Positions 1 through 9,989 are shown, numbered from the stretch's first letter. The stretch is 32,000 bases of DNA from Mycolicibacterium smegmatis (GCF_001457595.1 NZ_LN831039.1:3930001-3962000), one strand, 5' to 3'. Numbers and translations: made by a program. The notes: generated by a model not told the origin, from the letters alone.

Positions 1-702
1 ATCACCAACGGTCCCGACGCCGATGTGGTGGTGGTCTACGCCAAGCTGGACGAGGGTGACGGTGTGGACAAGCGTGACCGCAAGGTACTGACGTTCGTGC
101 TCGACAAGGGCATGGAGGGCTTCGTGCAGTCGAAGCCGTTCCGCAAGATGGGCATCCACTCGTCGCGCACCGGTGAGCTGTTCTTCAACAACGTCCGCCT
201 GGGCCGCGACCGCCTGCTCGGCGAGACCGAGGACCACGGCGCGGGCGACGGCCGCGACAGCGCGCGGTCGAGCTTCTCGGCCGAACGCATCGGCGTCGCG
301 GCCATGGCGCTCGGCGTCATCGAGGAGTGCCTGCGGCTCAGCGTCGACTACGCCAAGAGCCGCAAGCTGTGGGGCCAGGAGATCGGCCAGTTCCAGCTGA
401 TCCAGCTCAAGCTCGCCAACATGGAAGTCGCGCGGATGAACGTGCGCAACATGCTGTTCCGTGTCATCGAGTCGTCACAGGAAGGCAAGCCGATCTCACT
501 TGCCGAGGCCTCGGCGATCAAGTGGTACTGCTCGCAGGCCGCCACCGACGTCGCGATGGACGCCGTGCAGCTGTTCGGCGGCAACGGTTACATGACCGAG
601 TACCGCGTCGAACAGCTCGCACGCGACGCCAAGAGCCTGATGATCTACGCCGGCAGCAACGAGGTGCAGATCACCCACGTGGCGCGGGGTCTGCTCAGCT
701 AG
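1..702 (+). CDS. Acyl-CoA dehydrogenase, C-terminal part (5' truncated by window edge)
   Basis: Open frame from base 1 (ITNGPDADVVVVYAKLDEG...) with the C-terminal ACAD pattern 'FSAERIGVAAMALG...DYAKSRKLWGQEIGQFQLIQLKLANM...QLFGGNGYMTEYRVEQLARDAKSLMIYAGSNEVQ'; TAG stop 700-702. Confidence 0.95.
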   Translation: MTNGPDADVVVVYAKLDEGDGVDKRDRKVLTFVLDKGMEGFVQSKPFRKMGIHSSRTGELFFNNVRLGRDRLLGETEDHGAGDGRDSARSSFSAERIGVAAMALGVIEECLRLSVDYAKSRKLWGQEIGQFQLIQLKLANMEVARMNVRNMLFRVIESSQEGKPISLAEASAIKWYCSQAATDVAMDAVQLFGGNGYMTEYRVEQLARDAKSLMIYAGSNEVQITHVARGLLS

Positions 703-1106
703 TCGGGCACGACCGCGAGGGCGTCGATCTCCACCAGCATCACCTCGTGCGGCAGTCCGACGAAAACGGTTGTGCGGCAAGGCAGCTGGTCGGAGGTCAC
801 GTTCTCGGCGATGAACTCTCCGTACACCTCGTTCATCGCGGCGAAGTCCTCGCGCTTGGTGAGGTAGACGCGGAACATCAACACGTCGTCGACGCCTGCC
901 CCACCCGCGGCGAGAATGGCCTTGACGTTCTCCAGGGTGCGGCGGGTCTGCGCGCGCACGTCTCCTTCGCCGATGTAGGTGTTGGTGGCGGGGTCCATCG
1001 GGCCCTGCCCGGACACCTGCAGCAGGCCGCCCTTCCTGATGCCCTGACTGAAGGTGTGCGCGGGGGCGGGTGCAGCGTCGGTGCGGATGACCTGGGAATC
1101 GGACAC
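699..1106 (-). CDS. RidA/YjgF/UK114 family enamine/imine deaminase
   Basis: 135 aa, GTG start; 'GLLQVSGQGPMDP...GDVRAQTRRTLENVKAILAAGGAGVDDVLMFRVYLT...FAAMNEVYGEF...PCRTTVFVGLP' is typical of RidA. Confidence 0.92.
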   Translation of the reverse strand: MSDSQVIRTDAAPAPAHTFSQGIRKGGLLQVSGQGPMDPATNTYIGEGDVRAQTRRTLENVKAILAAGGAGVDDVLMFRVYLTKREDFAAMNEVYGEFIAENVTSDQLPCRTTVFVGLPHEVMLVEIDALAVVPD

Positions 1107-1125
1107 GTGAATCTCCTTTGTTCGC

Positions 1126-1881
1126 TCAGCTTTTGACGGTGGGCAGGTAGCCGCAGTCGCGCGAGATGCGTTCGCCGACCTCCTGCAACGGCCCGAGGAG
1201 GTCGAGCACCTCCTCGAACGGCAGTACGACGTTGGGCACCGAGACGCTCACCGCGGCGACAACCCGCCCCGACGCGCCGCGGATCGGCACGCCGATGCAG
1301 TTGATCGACGGTTCATTCTCCTCGCGGTCCTGCGCCCAACCCTGGGCGCGCACCTTGTCGATCTCGGCGAGGAACGCCTCGGGCGTGGTGATGGTGTTGG
1401 GCGTGCGCCGGGTGAAGTCCATGGTCGCGACGAACGGGCGCAACTCGGCATCGGGCAGATCGGCGAGGATCACCTTGGCGACCGCGGTCGAATTGAGGTT
1501 GGCGCTCAACCCGATTCGCGAGAACATCCGGATCTGGTCGTGGGATTCGAGCTTGTCGATGTAGACGATGTCGTTGCCCTCCATCGCCGCGAGATGGGTG
1601 GTGCGGCCGTACGCACGGTTGAACGCCACCAGATGCGGCGACGCGATCGCGCGGATCTCCCGCTGATCGGTTCCCCGCGCGGCCAATTCGAACACCCGCG
1701 ATCCGAGGTGGTAGCGGTTGCTCTGGTCGCGGAAGGTGAACCGCTCGTCGGCGAGCGTGCGCAGCAACCGCAGCACCGTGGTCTTGTGCACGCCGGTCGA
1801 TTGCGCGAGTTCGTCGAGGGTGGCCGGCCCGTTGCCCAGCTGGATCAACAGGTGAAGCGCTCGTGCGACGCTCTGGCTCAT
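1126..1881 (-). CDS. IclR family transcriptional regulator
   Basis: 251 aa; N-terminal winged helix 'ARALHLLIQLGNGPATLDELAQSTGVHKTTVLRLLRTLADERF' and C-terminal effector domain 'GWAQDREENEPSINCIGVPIRGASGRVVAAVSVSVP'. Confidence 0.95.
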   Translation of the reverse strand: MSQSVARALHLLIQLGNGPATLDELAQSTGVHKTTVLRLLRTLADERFTFRDQSNRYHLGSRVFELAARGTDQREIRAIASPHLVAFNRAYGRTTHLAAMEGNDIVYIDKLESHDQIRMFSRIGLSANLNSTAVAKVILADLPDAELRPFVATMDFTRRTPNTITTPEAFLAEIDKVRAQGWAQDREENEPSINCIGVPIRGASGRVVAAVSVSVPNVVLPFEEVLDLLGPLQEVGERISRDCGYLPTVKS

Positions 1882-1885
1882 CGGC

Positions 1886-2911
1886 TCACATCCCTTCCGG
1901 CAGCGCGAAACCCGCTGTGGTCACGGTAGTCGCCGCCCATTCCGGTGGCGAACATGCGAGCAGGCGTTGCAGCGTGCCGGCGGGCGGTGGCGGCGCCCAG
2001 TCGGTGGCCACGGTCAAGGTGGCGGCCGCACCGATGTGCCCGCGGCGCAGGCACGTCGCGGTGTCGTCGCCACGCACGAGGCCGCTGAGGTAACCGGCGG
2101 CGAACGCGTCACCGGCGCCGACGGGTTCGACGACGTCGACCCGCAACGCGGGCACCTCGGTGGTGACGCCGTCGCGGTCGACCGCGACCGCGCGCCGCGC
2201 ACCGTCTTTGACGACCAGGGTCGCCGGTGAGGGCAGGACCCGTCGCAGGGCGACCGGATCACCCGTTCCCGCGACGCGAGCGGCCTCGTCGGCGCCCACG
2301 AGGACGAGGTCGGCCCGGTCCGCGAGATCGAGCACCACGGCCGGATCGGCGTCGGGCCACAGTTGCTCACGCCAGTTGACGTCGAAGCTGACGAGCCCAG
2401 GGATGCCCGGACGATCGGTGAGCAGCCGGCACATCAGGGCCCGGCACGTGTCCGACAGCGCCGCGGTGATGCCGCTGCAGTGCACGATCGCGGCCGCGCC
2501 GAGGGCAGCCGACACCTCGTCGCGGTCGAGGAAGTCGGGTCCCATCGCCGAGGCGGCCGACCCGGCACGTGCGTATCGGCTCGTGGTGGTGCGCTCCCCC
2601 GCCGCGTCGGTGCCGGTGACCTTCGAGTAGGACCCCGTGGGCCGTGCCGGATCGGTTTCGACCGCGGAATCGTCGATGCCGCGCTGCTGCAGTGCGGCGC
2701 GGATGAGTACCCCGTACTCGTCGGCGCCGAGGCGCCCGAGAAGGCTCGCAGGCACACCGAGCCCCGCGAGACCGACCGCGACGTTGAGTTCGGCGCCCGC
2801 GGGATGCGGATCCCCGGCTTCGGAGACGAGGACCAGCGGTTCACCGAGGCAGGCGACGCGGGCCCTGACCGTTTGCTGCACAACCCTCCTCGGCTTCCCC
2901 CGGTTGGCCAT
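1886..2911 (-). CDS. PfkB-family carbohydrate kinase, 2-dehydro-3-deoxygluconokinase-like
   Basis: 'VACLGEPLVLVSEAG...GAELNVAVGLAGLGVPASLLGRLGADEYG' at the N-terminus and the PfkB signature 'VDVVEPVGAGDAFAAGYLSGLVRG'. The start is uncertain: the ORF is open to 2956, with ATG at 2935 or 2911, or GTG 2881 just after AGGAGG. Confidence 0.88.
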   Translation of the reverse strand: MANRGKPRRVVQQTVRARVACLGEPLVLVSEAGDPHPAGAELNVAVGLAGLGVPASLLGRLGADEYGVLIRAALQQRGIDDSAVETDPARPTGSYSKVTGTDAAGERTTTSRYARAGSAASAMGPDFLDRDEVSAALGAAAIVHCSGITAALSDTCRALMCRLLTDRPGIPGLVSFDVNWREQLWPDADPAVVLDLADRADLVLVGADEAARVAGTGDPVALRRVLPSPATLVVKDGARRAVAVDRDGVTTEVPALRVDVVEPVGAGDAFAAGYLSGLVRGDDTATCLRRGHIGAAATLTVATDWAPPPPAGTLQRLLACSPPEWAATTVTTAGFALPEGM

Positions 2912-2958
2912 CTGTTGACGACGTACCGGCGCCATGTTAGACAAGTCACAGCACAATT

Positions 2959-2985
2959 TGCAACATGCGTTGCACTATATGCAAC
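2959..2985. promoter_or_regulatory. Candidate IclR-type operator made of three alternating half-sites
   Basis: TGCAAC-atgc-GTTGCA-ctata-TGCAAC in the divergent intergenic region between kinase and deaminase genes. Confidence 0.55.
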
Positions 2986-3016
2986 CACCCAGGTAGAGAC
3001 CGATTGTGACGGTGAC

Positions 3017-4291
3017 ATGAGAACCACTACGACGCGCGCCGAACACCTGTCGGAGCTGGACAAGGCACTTCCCTCCGAGGCCGACGGCCTGTCGGTCCAG
3101 GAGTTCCTCGCCACCCGCCCACGGCTGTCGTCGTTCAGCACGCCGGTGCTGACGCTCGACGATTCCGCGATCGACCAGAACCTGTCCGCGATGGCCGCGT
3201 GGTGCGCCGACAACGGCATCGACCTCGCGCCGCACGGCAAGACCACCATGTCGCCGACGCTGTGGGAGCGGCAGCTGCGGGCCGGCGCTACCGCGATCAC
3301 GCTCGCGACCTTCAGCCAGGTGCGTGTCGCGGTGCATTTCGGGGTCCGCCGGATCCTGTTGGCCAACGCCCTGGTCGATCCGGGCGCACTTCGTTGGCTC
3401 GTGCAACACATGACCGACGACCCCGAACTGCATGTGGTGGCGTGGGCCGATTCGACGGCCACGGTCGACGCGATGACCGCCGCGCTCGCGGATGTTCCGG
3501 TGGCGCAGCCGGTTCCGGTGCTCGTCGAGCTCGGCGCATCGGGTGGACGGACCGGCGCACGATCGGTCGACGACGCGATGGTGGTCGCCGAACGCATCGC
3601 CGCCTGCGGCGTGCTGCGACTCGCGGGCGTGGCGGGTTACGAGGGCGCACTGGCGCACGACGCGTCCGAACCGTCGCTGGCCCGCGTCCGCGCCTACCTG
3701 CAGGAGATGGCTCGGCTGCACCGGACGATCACCGATCGCGGGCTGTACGACCCCACCATCGACGTGATCGTGACCGCAGGCGGCAGTGCGTATTTCGACG
3801 TGGTGGCCGAGGTTCTCGCACCACTGGCAGGCCCGCGGGTACGCGTCGTCGTCCGCGCGGGCGCCTACGTCATCCACGACGACGGCTTCTACACCGGTAT
3901 CACGCCGTTCGGCCGCACCCCGGGTGGCTACCGGCTGCGGTCGGCCATGCACGCGTGGGCACGGGTGGTGTCCCGCCCGGAACCGGAACTGGCACTGCTG
4001 GACGCGGGCAAGCGCGACGTCCCCTTCGACGAGGGCCTTCCGGTACCGCAACTGGTCGCCGCGCAACTCGGGGCACCCGCGCGCCCGCTCACCGGCACGC
4101 AGATCACCGCAGTCAACGATCAGCACGCGTTCCTGGCTCTGCCCGCCGACAGCGATGTCAAAGTGGGCGATGTTGTACGGCTGGGCCTTTCCCATCCGTG
4201 TACGGCGTTCGACAAATGGCGCTGGATCCCGCTGCTCAACGGCAACGGTGACGATCCGCACGTCGTCGACATGATCCGCACCTACTTCTGA
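3017..4291 (+). CDS. Fold-type III PLP-dependent amino-acid deaminase/dehydratase (alanine racemase N-terminal domain; D-serine dehydratase / D-threonine aldolase / D-glucosaminate dehydratase-like)
   Basis: Within ORF 2363-4291, ATG at 3017. 'TPVLTLDDSAIDQNLSAMAAWCADNGIDLAPHGKTTMSPTLWERQLRAGATAITLATFSQ' carries the PLP Lys-containing HGKT motif; 'VRLGLSHPCTAFDKWRWIPLL' carries the DSD1-type metal-binding His/Cys region. Confidence 0.87.
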   Translation: MRTTTTRAEHLSELDKALPSEADGLSVQEFLATRPRLSSFSTPVLTLDDSAIDQNLSAMAAWCADNGIDLAPHGKTTMSPTLWERQLRAGATAITLATFSQVRVAVHFGVRRILLANALVDPGALRWLVQHMTDDPELHVVAWADSTATVDAMTAALADVPVAQPVPVLVELGASGGRTGARSVDDAMVVAERIAACGVLRLAGVAGYEGALAHDASEPSLARVRAYLQEMARLHRTITDRGLYDPTIDVIVTAGGSAYFDVVAEVLAPLAGPRVRVVVRAGAYVIHDDGFYTGITPFGRTPGGYRLRSAMHAWARVVSRPEPELALLDAGKRDVPFDEGLPVPQLVAAQLGAPARPLTGTQITAVNDQHAFLALPADSDVKVGDVVRLGLSHPCTAFDKWRWIPLLNGNGDDPHVVDMIRTYF

Positions 4292-5892
4292 TGCGCACCC
4301 TGATCCGCTCGGCCACCGTCATCGACGGCACCGAAAAACCGGGCTACATCGCAGATGTCATGGTCGACGGCGACCGCATCGCCGAGATCGGCGTCATCTC
4401 ACCGTCGTCGGCCGACCGCGTGATCGACGCCGACGGTCTGGTACTCGCACCGGGTTTCATCGACATGCACGCGCACTCGGATCTGCAGATTCTGCTCAAC
4501 CCGGCACATCCGTCGCGCATCACGCAGGGCGTCACCACCGAGGTGCTCGGGCAGGACGGACTGTCGTATGCACCGGTCACCGACGACGTACTGGCCGGCG
4601 TGCGCCGCAAGATCGCCGGGTGGAACTCCGATCCACAGGACTTCGAATGGAACTGGCGCTCGGTGAGTGAATACCTCGACCGGTTGGACCGCGGAATCGC
4701 CACCAACGTCGCGTATCTGGTACCGCACGGCGTCGTGCGCGCGCTCGTGGTCGGCTGGGATGAGACTCCCGCGACGGAAACGCAGATCGCCGAGATGCAG
4801 CGCATCGTCGCGCAGGCCATGTCCGAGGGCGCGGTGGGGCTGTCGGCGGGGCTGACCTACACGCCGGGCATGTACGCCGACAACGACGAGCTTGTGGCGT
4901 TGTGCCGCACGGTCGCCGAATACGGCGGCTACTTCTGCCCGCACCACCGCTCCTACGGTGCGGGCGCCATGGAGGCCTATGCCGAGATGATCGATCTCTC
5001 GACCAGGTCGGGATGTGCCCTGCACCTGGCGCACGCGACGCTCAACTTCGGCCCGAACAAGGGCCGCGCGCCGGAACTGCTCGCGCTGCTCGACGCGGCG
5101 ACCGAGGCAGGTGCCGACATCAGTCTCGACACCTACCCGTACCTGCCGGGGGCGACGACGCTGTCGGCGATCCTGCCCAGCTGGGCGTCGGCAGGCAGCG
5201 CCGAGGAGACCATCGCGCGTCTGGCGGATTCCACGGCGCTGCAGCGCATCCGGGAGCAGCTCGAGGTGACCGGATCCGACGGCTGTCACGGTGTGACCGC
5301 GGAATGGCACACGATCGAGATCAGCGGTGTGCTCGATCCGCGCTTCGACGCCTACGTGGGCCGCACCATCGCCGATATCGCGGCAGACGAGAATCGTGAC
5401 CCCTTCGACGTGTGCATCGGCCTGTTGCGCGACGACCGGCTCGGCACCGGCATCCTGCAACACGTGGGCCACGAGGAGAACGTCCGCGCGATCATGCGCC
5501 ACCCGCGGCACACCGGCGGCAGCGACGGGCTGCTGGTGGGGGCGAAACCCCATCCGCGCGGCTGGGGCACGTTCGCACGGTACCTCGGGCACTACTGCCG
5601 TGAGCTCGGCCTGATGTCGCTGGAGGAATGTGTGGGCCACCTGACCGGCCGGGCCGCCACGCGCCTGCGCCTGGCCGATCGCGGGTACATCCGTCCCGGA
5701 TACGCTGCCGACCTGGTGTTGTTCGACCCTCAGACCGTTGCCGACACCGCGACTTTCGAACAACCCCGCCAACCCGCGACGGGCTTCACGCACGTGTTCG
5801 TGCGGGGGCGACCGGCGCTCGACGACGGCGAGCCCACCGGTGCGACCGCGGGACGGGCACTGCGGCGCGGACCGGACGGGAGCGTGCGATGA
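4291..5892 (+). CDS. N-acyl-D-amino-acid deacylase (amidohydrolase superfamily)
   Basis: 533 aa; 'VIDGTEKPGYIADVMVDGDRIAEIG...GLVLAPGFIDMHAHSDLQILLNPAHPSRITQGVTTEVLGQDG' and C-terminal 'GYIRPGYAADLVLFDPQTVADTATFEQPRQPATGFTHVFVRG'. Start overlaps the upstream stop (TGATG). Confidence 0.92.
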   Translation: MRTLIRSATVIDGTEKPGYIADVMVDGDRIAEIGVISPSSADRVIDADGLVLAPGFIDMHAHSDLQILLNPAHPSRITQGVTTEVLGQDGLSYAPVTDDVLAGVRRKIAGWNSDPQDFEWNWRSVSEYLDRLDRGIATNVAYLVPHGVVRALVVGWDETPATETQIAEMQRIVAQAMSEGAVGLSAGLTYTPGMYADNDELVALCRTVAEYGGYFCPHHRSYGAGAMEAYAEMIDLSTRSGCALHLAHATLNFGPNKGRAPELLALLDAATEAGADISLDTYPYLPGATTLSAILPSWASAGSAEETIARLADSTALQRIREQLEVTGSDGCHGVTAEWHTIEISGVLDPRFDAYVGRTIADIAADENRDPFDVCIGLLRDDRLGTGILQHVGHEENVRAIMRHPRHTGGSDGLLVGAKPHPRGWGTFARYLGHYCRELGLMSLEECVGHLTGRAATRLRLADRGYIRPGYAADLVLFDPQTVADTATFEQPRQPATGFTHVFVRGRPALDDGEPTGATAGRALRRGPDGSVR

Positions 5893-6518
5893 CCGCGTTG
5901 GACGTGCTGCGCGCCGACCGGGTGCTCAGCGTCGTGCGGGCCGATAAGATCCCCGACGCCGCCGCGCTGTGCCACGCGCTGGCCGCAGGTGGCATCCGCA
6001 CCGTCGAGCTGACGTTCACCACACCCGGGGTGCTCGACCTGCTCCGCTCGGCCGCCGATGCCGTCGCACAATCGGACGTCGTGCTGGGCGTCGGCACCGT
6101 GCTCACCGCCGATCAGGCCCGTGCGGCGATCGACAACGGCGCGAGTTTCCTTGTCACACCCGCGGTTCGGCCCGGGGTGGCCGAGGTCGCCCTCTCGGCT
6201 GGTGTGCCGGTGTTCCTCGGCGCGCTCACGCCGACCGAGGTCGCCATGGCCGTCGACCTCGGCGCGTCGGCGGTCAAGATCTTCCCGGCAGGGCGATTCG
6301 GCCCGAGATATCTGTCGGATCTGCACGGGCCCTACCCCGACGTCGAACTCCTGCCGTCCGGCGGCATCACCGCCGAGAACGCACGCGCCTACCTCGATGC
6401 GGGTGCCCTCGCGGTGTGCGCAGGCACCGGCGTCGTCCCGCCCGCCCGCGTCGCCGCAGGCGACTGGGACGACATCGCCTCGCGCGCACGCACCTTCGTC
6501 ACCGCTCTCACCTCCTGA
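5889..6518 (+). CDS. eda: Bifunctional KHG/KDPG aldolase-like protein
   Basis: ATG at 5889 (ATGA overlap with upstream stop). 'VLSVVRADKIPDAAALCHALAAGGIRTVELTFTTPG...VLGVGTVLTADQARAAIDNGASFLVTPAV...VKIFPAGRFGPRYLSDLHGPYPDVELLPSGGI'. Confidence 0.92.
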   Translation: MTALDVLRADRVLSVVRADKIPDAAALCHALAAGGIRTVELTFTTPGVLDLLRSAADAVAQSDVVLGVGTVLTADQARAAIDNGASFLVTPAVRPGVAEVALSAGVPVFLGALTPTEVAMAVDLGASAVKIFPAGRFGPRYLSDLHGPYPDVELLPSGGITAENARAYLDAGALAVCAGTGVVPPARVAAGDWDDIASRARTFVTALTS

Positions 6519-6547
6519 CCCGCCCCGACACAACCGCTGGAGTTCGA

Positions 6548-7939
6548 ATGACGACATTCGTCGACTGGCTGCGCCATGACACCGCCGGGTTGCTCACCCT
6601 GGCCGCGGTGTCCATCGCGGTCCTTCTGCTGCTGATCATCAAGATGAAGGTCGAACCGTTCATCGCGTTGATCGTCGTGAGCGTCGCGGTCGCACTGACC
6701 GCAGGCATCCCGGTCGCCGAACTGGTCGGCACGCCGGCGAAATCCGGGGACTCGCTGCTGGAAACGGGATTCGGCGGGATCCTCGGCCACATCACCGTGA
6801 TCATCGGCCTCGGCACCGTGCTCGGCGCGATGCTCGAACGCTCCGGCGGCGCCGACGTGCTCACCACGAGGCTGTTGAACCTGTTCGGGCCAAAGGGCGC
6901 CCCGCTGGCCATGGGTATCACGGGCGTGATCCTGGGCATCCCGGTGTTCTTCGACATCGGCATCTTCATCCTGGCGCCGCTGGTCTACGTGGCCGCCAAA
7001 CGCGGCGGACGGTCGCTGGTGCTGTATGCGCTGCCGATGCTGGCCGGCCTGTCGATGACGCATGCGTTCCTGCCGCCGCATCCCGGACCGGTGGCCGCCG
7101 CCGGGTTGTTGGGCGTGAGCCTGGGCTGGATCATCATCATGGGCCTGGCGTGCGGCATCCCGGCCTGGTTCGTCAGTGGTGTGGTGTGGGGCGCGTGGAT
7201 CGGCAAGCGCGTACATGTCGAGGTCCCTGAGGAATTCGTGCCCGAGGAGGACGAGGCCGACACCGCCAGTCCGCCGTCGCTGCTGTTGGTGGGATTCATC
7301 ATCGTCGCGCCGATGCTGCTCATCCTCGCCGCCACGCTGGCCGATGTGCTGCTCGACGGCGGCAGGCTGCTGTCGGTACTGACCCTGATCGGCAACCCGG
7401 CGATCGCGTTGACCATCGCGGTCATGCTCGCGCTGTACCTGCTGGGCATCCGCCGCGGCATCACGGCGCCCGAACTCGCCAAGATCTCAGGGGTGTCGCT
7501 GCGCCCGGTCGGCATGATCCTGCTGGTGGTCGGCGCCGGCGCCTTCTTCGGTGCGGTGCTGCGTGCCACCGGAATCGGTGACGCCCTTGCCGATTCGATG
7601 ACCGCGATCGGTCTGCCCGTCATCGTGTCGGCGTATCTGATCAGCTGCGCACTGCGCATCGCGCAGGGTTCGGCGACCGTGGCGATCGTGACCACCGCGG
7701 GCATCATCCAGGCCTCGGTCGCCGACGGCCACCACTCCCCCGCACAGATCGCGCTGATCGTGGTCGCGGTGTCGGCGGGTTCGATCATCGCCAGCCACGT
7801 CAACGACGGCGGCTTTTGGATCGTGTCGCGCTACTTCAACATGTCGGTCAAGGACACCCTGAAGACCTGGACGGTGCTCGAAACCATCCTGTCCGTGGTC
7901 GGTTTCGCGATGGCGGGTCTGCTCTGGCTGGTCGTCTGA
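6548..7939 (+). CDS. GntP family permease (gluconate:H+ symporter family)
   Basis: Multi-TM protein starting MTTFVDWLRHDTAGLLTLAAVSIAVLLLLIIKMKVEPFIALIVVS...; 'GFGGILGHITVIIGLGTVLGAMLERSGGADVLTTRLL', 'FFDIGIFILAPLVYVAAKRGG', 'MTHAFLPPHPGPVAAAGLLG', 'IASHVNDGGFWIVSRYFNMSVKDTLKTWTVLETI'. Confidence 0.95.
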   Translation: MTTFVDWLRHDTAGLLTLAAVSIAVLLLLIIKMKVEPFIALIVVSVAVALTAGIPVAELVGTPAKSGDSLLETGFGGILGHITVIIGLGTVLGAMLERSGGADVLTTRLLNLFGPKGAPLAMGITGVILGIPVFFDIGIFILAPLVYVAAKRGGRSLVLYALPMLAGLSMTHAFLPPHPGPVAAAGLLGVSLGWIIIMGLACGIPAWFVSGVVWGAWIGKRVHVEVPEEFVPEEDEADTASPPSLLLVGFIIVAPMLLILAATLADVLLDGGRLLSVLTLIGNPAIALTIAVMLALYLLGIRRGITAPELAKISGVSLRPVGMILLVVGAGAFFGAVLRATGIGDALADSMTAIGLPVIVSAYLISCALRIAQGSATVAIVTTAGIIQASVADGHHSPAQIALIVVAVSAGSIIASHVNDGGFWIVSRYFNMSVKDTLKTWTVLETILSVVGFAMAGLLWLVV

Positions 7940-7944
7940 GAGGG

Positions 7945-8703
7945 TCAGCGCCTGCGCTGTGCCCGCGCGCTCTGGTACAGGCAGATCGAGGCGGCCGAGG
8001 CGATGTTGAGGCTCTCGGCGTGACCCGGCATCGGGATCTGCACACGGCGGTGCGCCATGGCGGCCAGATCCGTTGGCAGCCCGTGCGCTTCAGGCCCGAA
8101 CAGCCACGCCGTCGGCTCGGTCAGCTCGGCCTCCAGATCCGGGTCGTCCAGATCGGCCTCGCCGTCGACCGTCGTGGCGAGCACGCGCAGACCGGCGTCG
8201 CGCAGGCGCTGCACCACGCGGGCCTCGTCGGGATCGCTGATAACCGGGATCGAGAAGATGCTGCCCGCCGAGGCCCGCAGGCACTTGCTGTTGTACGGGT
8301 CGACGCTGTTGCCCGCCAACACGACTGCCGCGGCGCCCATGGCGTCGGCGACGCGGATCAGGGTGCCCGCGTTGCCCGGTTCGGACAGCTGTACCGGCAC
8401 CGCGATCAGCCCGGCCGGGCCGGCCAGCACGTCGTCGAGGGACACCTCGGGCAGCCGGCACACCGCGACGAGACCGACCGGGGTCACGGTGTCCGACAAG
8501 GCTTTCGCGGCACGCTCGGTGACCGGCGTGACCGGCGCGTCAGCCAGCAGCGCACCGAAGCGGTCCAGCGCCGCCTCGGTGGCGAACACCTCGGAAACGA
8601 GTCCGCGCCGCAACGCTGCCTCGACGAGGTTGGGTCCCTCGGCAAGGAAGCGTGCGGCGCGGCGGCGCCCGACGTGGCGATGCAGCTTGACCGCCGCCAC
8701 CAC
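7945..8703 (-). CDS. tsnR: TrmH/SpoU family 23S rRNA methyltransferase (TsnR-like)
   Basis: 252 aa; 'LIAVPVQLSEPGNAGTLIRVADAMGAAAVVLAGNSVDPYNSKCLRASAGSIFSIPV...WLFGPEAHGLPTDLAAMAHRRVQIPMPGHAESLNIASAASICLYQSAR'. Confidence 0.93.
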   Translation of the reverse strand: MVAAVKLHRHVGRRRAARFLAEGPNLVEAALRRGLVSEVFATEAALDRFGALLADAPVTPVTERAAKALSDTVTPVGLVAVCRLPEVSLDDVLAGPAGLIAVPVQLSEPGNAGTLIRVADAMGAAAVVLAGNSVDPYNSKCLRASAGSIFSIPVISDPDEARVVQRLRDAGLRVLATTVDGEADLDDPDLEAELTEPTAWLFGPEAHGLPTDLAAMAHRRVQIPMPGHAESLNIASAASICLYQSARAQRRR

Positions 8704-8726
8704 GCGGGCAGAACGCTCGGTGAGCG

Positions 8727-9116
8727 TCAGGCGGCCTCTCCGGAGGGCGCGTTCACGTCCTCGGGCAGCGCGGCGCGGGCGACATCGACCAGCGCGGTGA
8801 ACGCGGCCGGGTCGCTCACGGCGAGCTCGGCGAGGTTCTTGCGGTCAACCTCGACACCAGCGGCCTTGAGGCCCTGGATCAGGCGGTTGTAGGTGATGTC
8901 GTTCGCCCGGGCGGCGGCGTTGATGCGGGAGATCCACAGCTTGCGGAACTCACCCTTGCGGGCACGGCGGTCCCGGTAGGCGTAGGTGAGCGAGTGCAGC
9001 TGCTGCTCTTTGGCCTTGCGGTACAGCCGGGACCGCTGACCGCGGTAACCCTTGGAGGCCTTCAGTACGGTACGCCGCTTCTTCTGGGCGTTGAGTGCGC
9101 GCTTCACGCGTGCCAT
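8727..9116 (-). CDS. rplT: 50S ribosomal protein L20 (bL20)
   Basis: [70 protein letters not shown]... Confidence 0.99.
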
Positions 9117-9156
9117 TGGATGTTCCTATTCTCGTCGGTGCAGGTAGCGGGCTTGA

Positions 9157-9351
9157 CTAGCCGTTGAGCAGCTTGTTGATGCGGCTGTTGTCGGCGGCCG
9201 AGACGGTGGTACGTCCGTCGAGCCGGCGGGTGCGCTTGGTGGGCTTGTGCTCCAGCAAGTGACGACGGTTGGCCTTCTGCCGGACGATCTTTCCGGTACC
9301 GGTCCGGCGGAACCGCTTGGAGGCACCGCTGTGGGTCTTTGCCTTGGGCAT
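9157..9351 (-). CDS. rpmI: 50S ribosomal protein L35 (bL35)
   Basis: [64 protein letters not shown]. Confidence 0.99.
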
Positions 9352-9404
9352 GAGTCCTCAGTTCTGTGTTGATCCCCGTAGGGATCGGATGGATCTAACT
9401 GGAT

Positions 9405-9989
<585 letters not shown>

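Noticed and set aside
2363-3016. N-terminal extension of the deaminase ORF
   Set aside because: Overlaps the kinase coding region and the divergent promoter/operator; homology starts at ATG 3017.
4399-5793. 464-aa minus ORF opposite the deacylase, and similar ORFs 2975-4261 (-) and 5730-6557 (-)
   Set aside because: Antisense of clear coding sequences with GC-bias composition and no domain signature.
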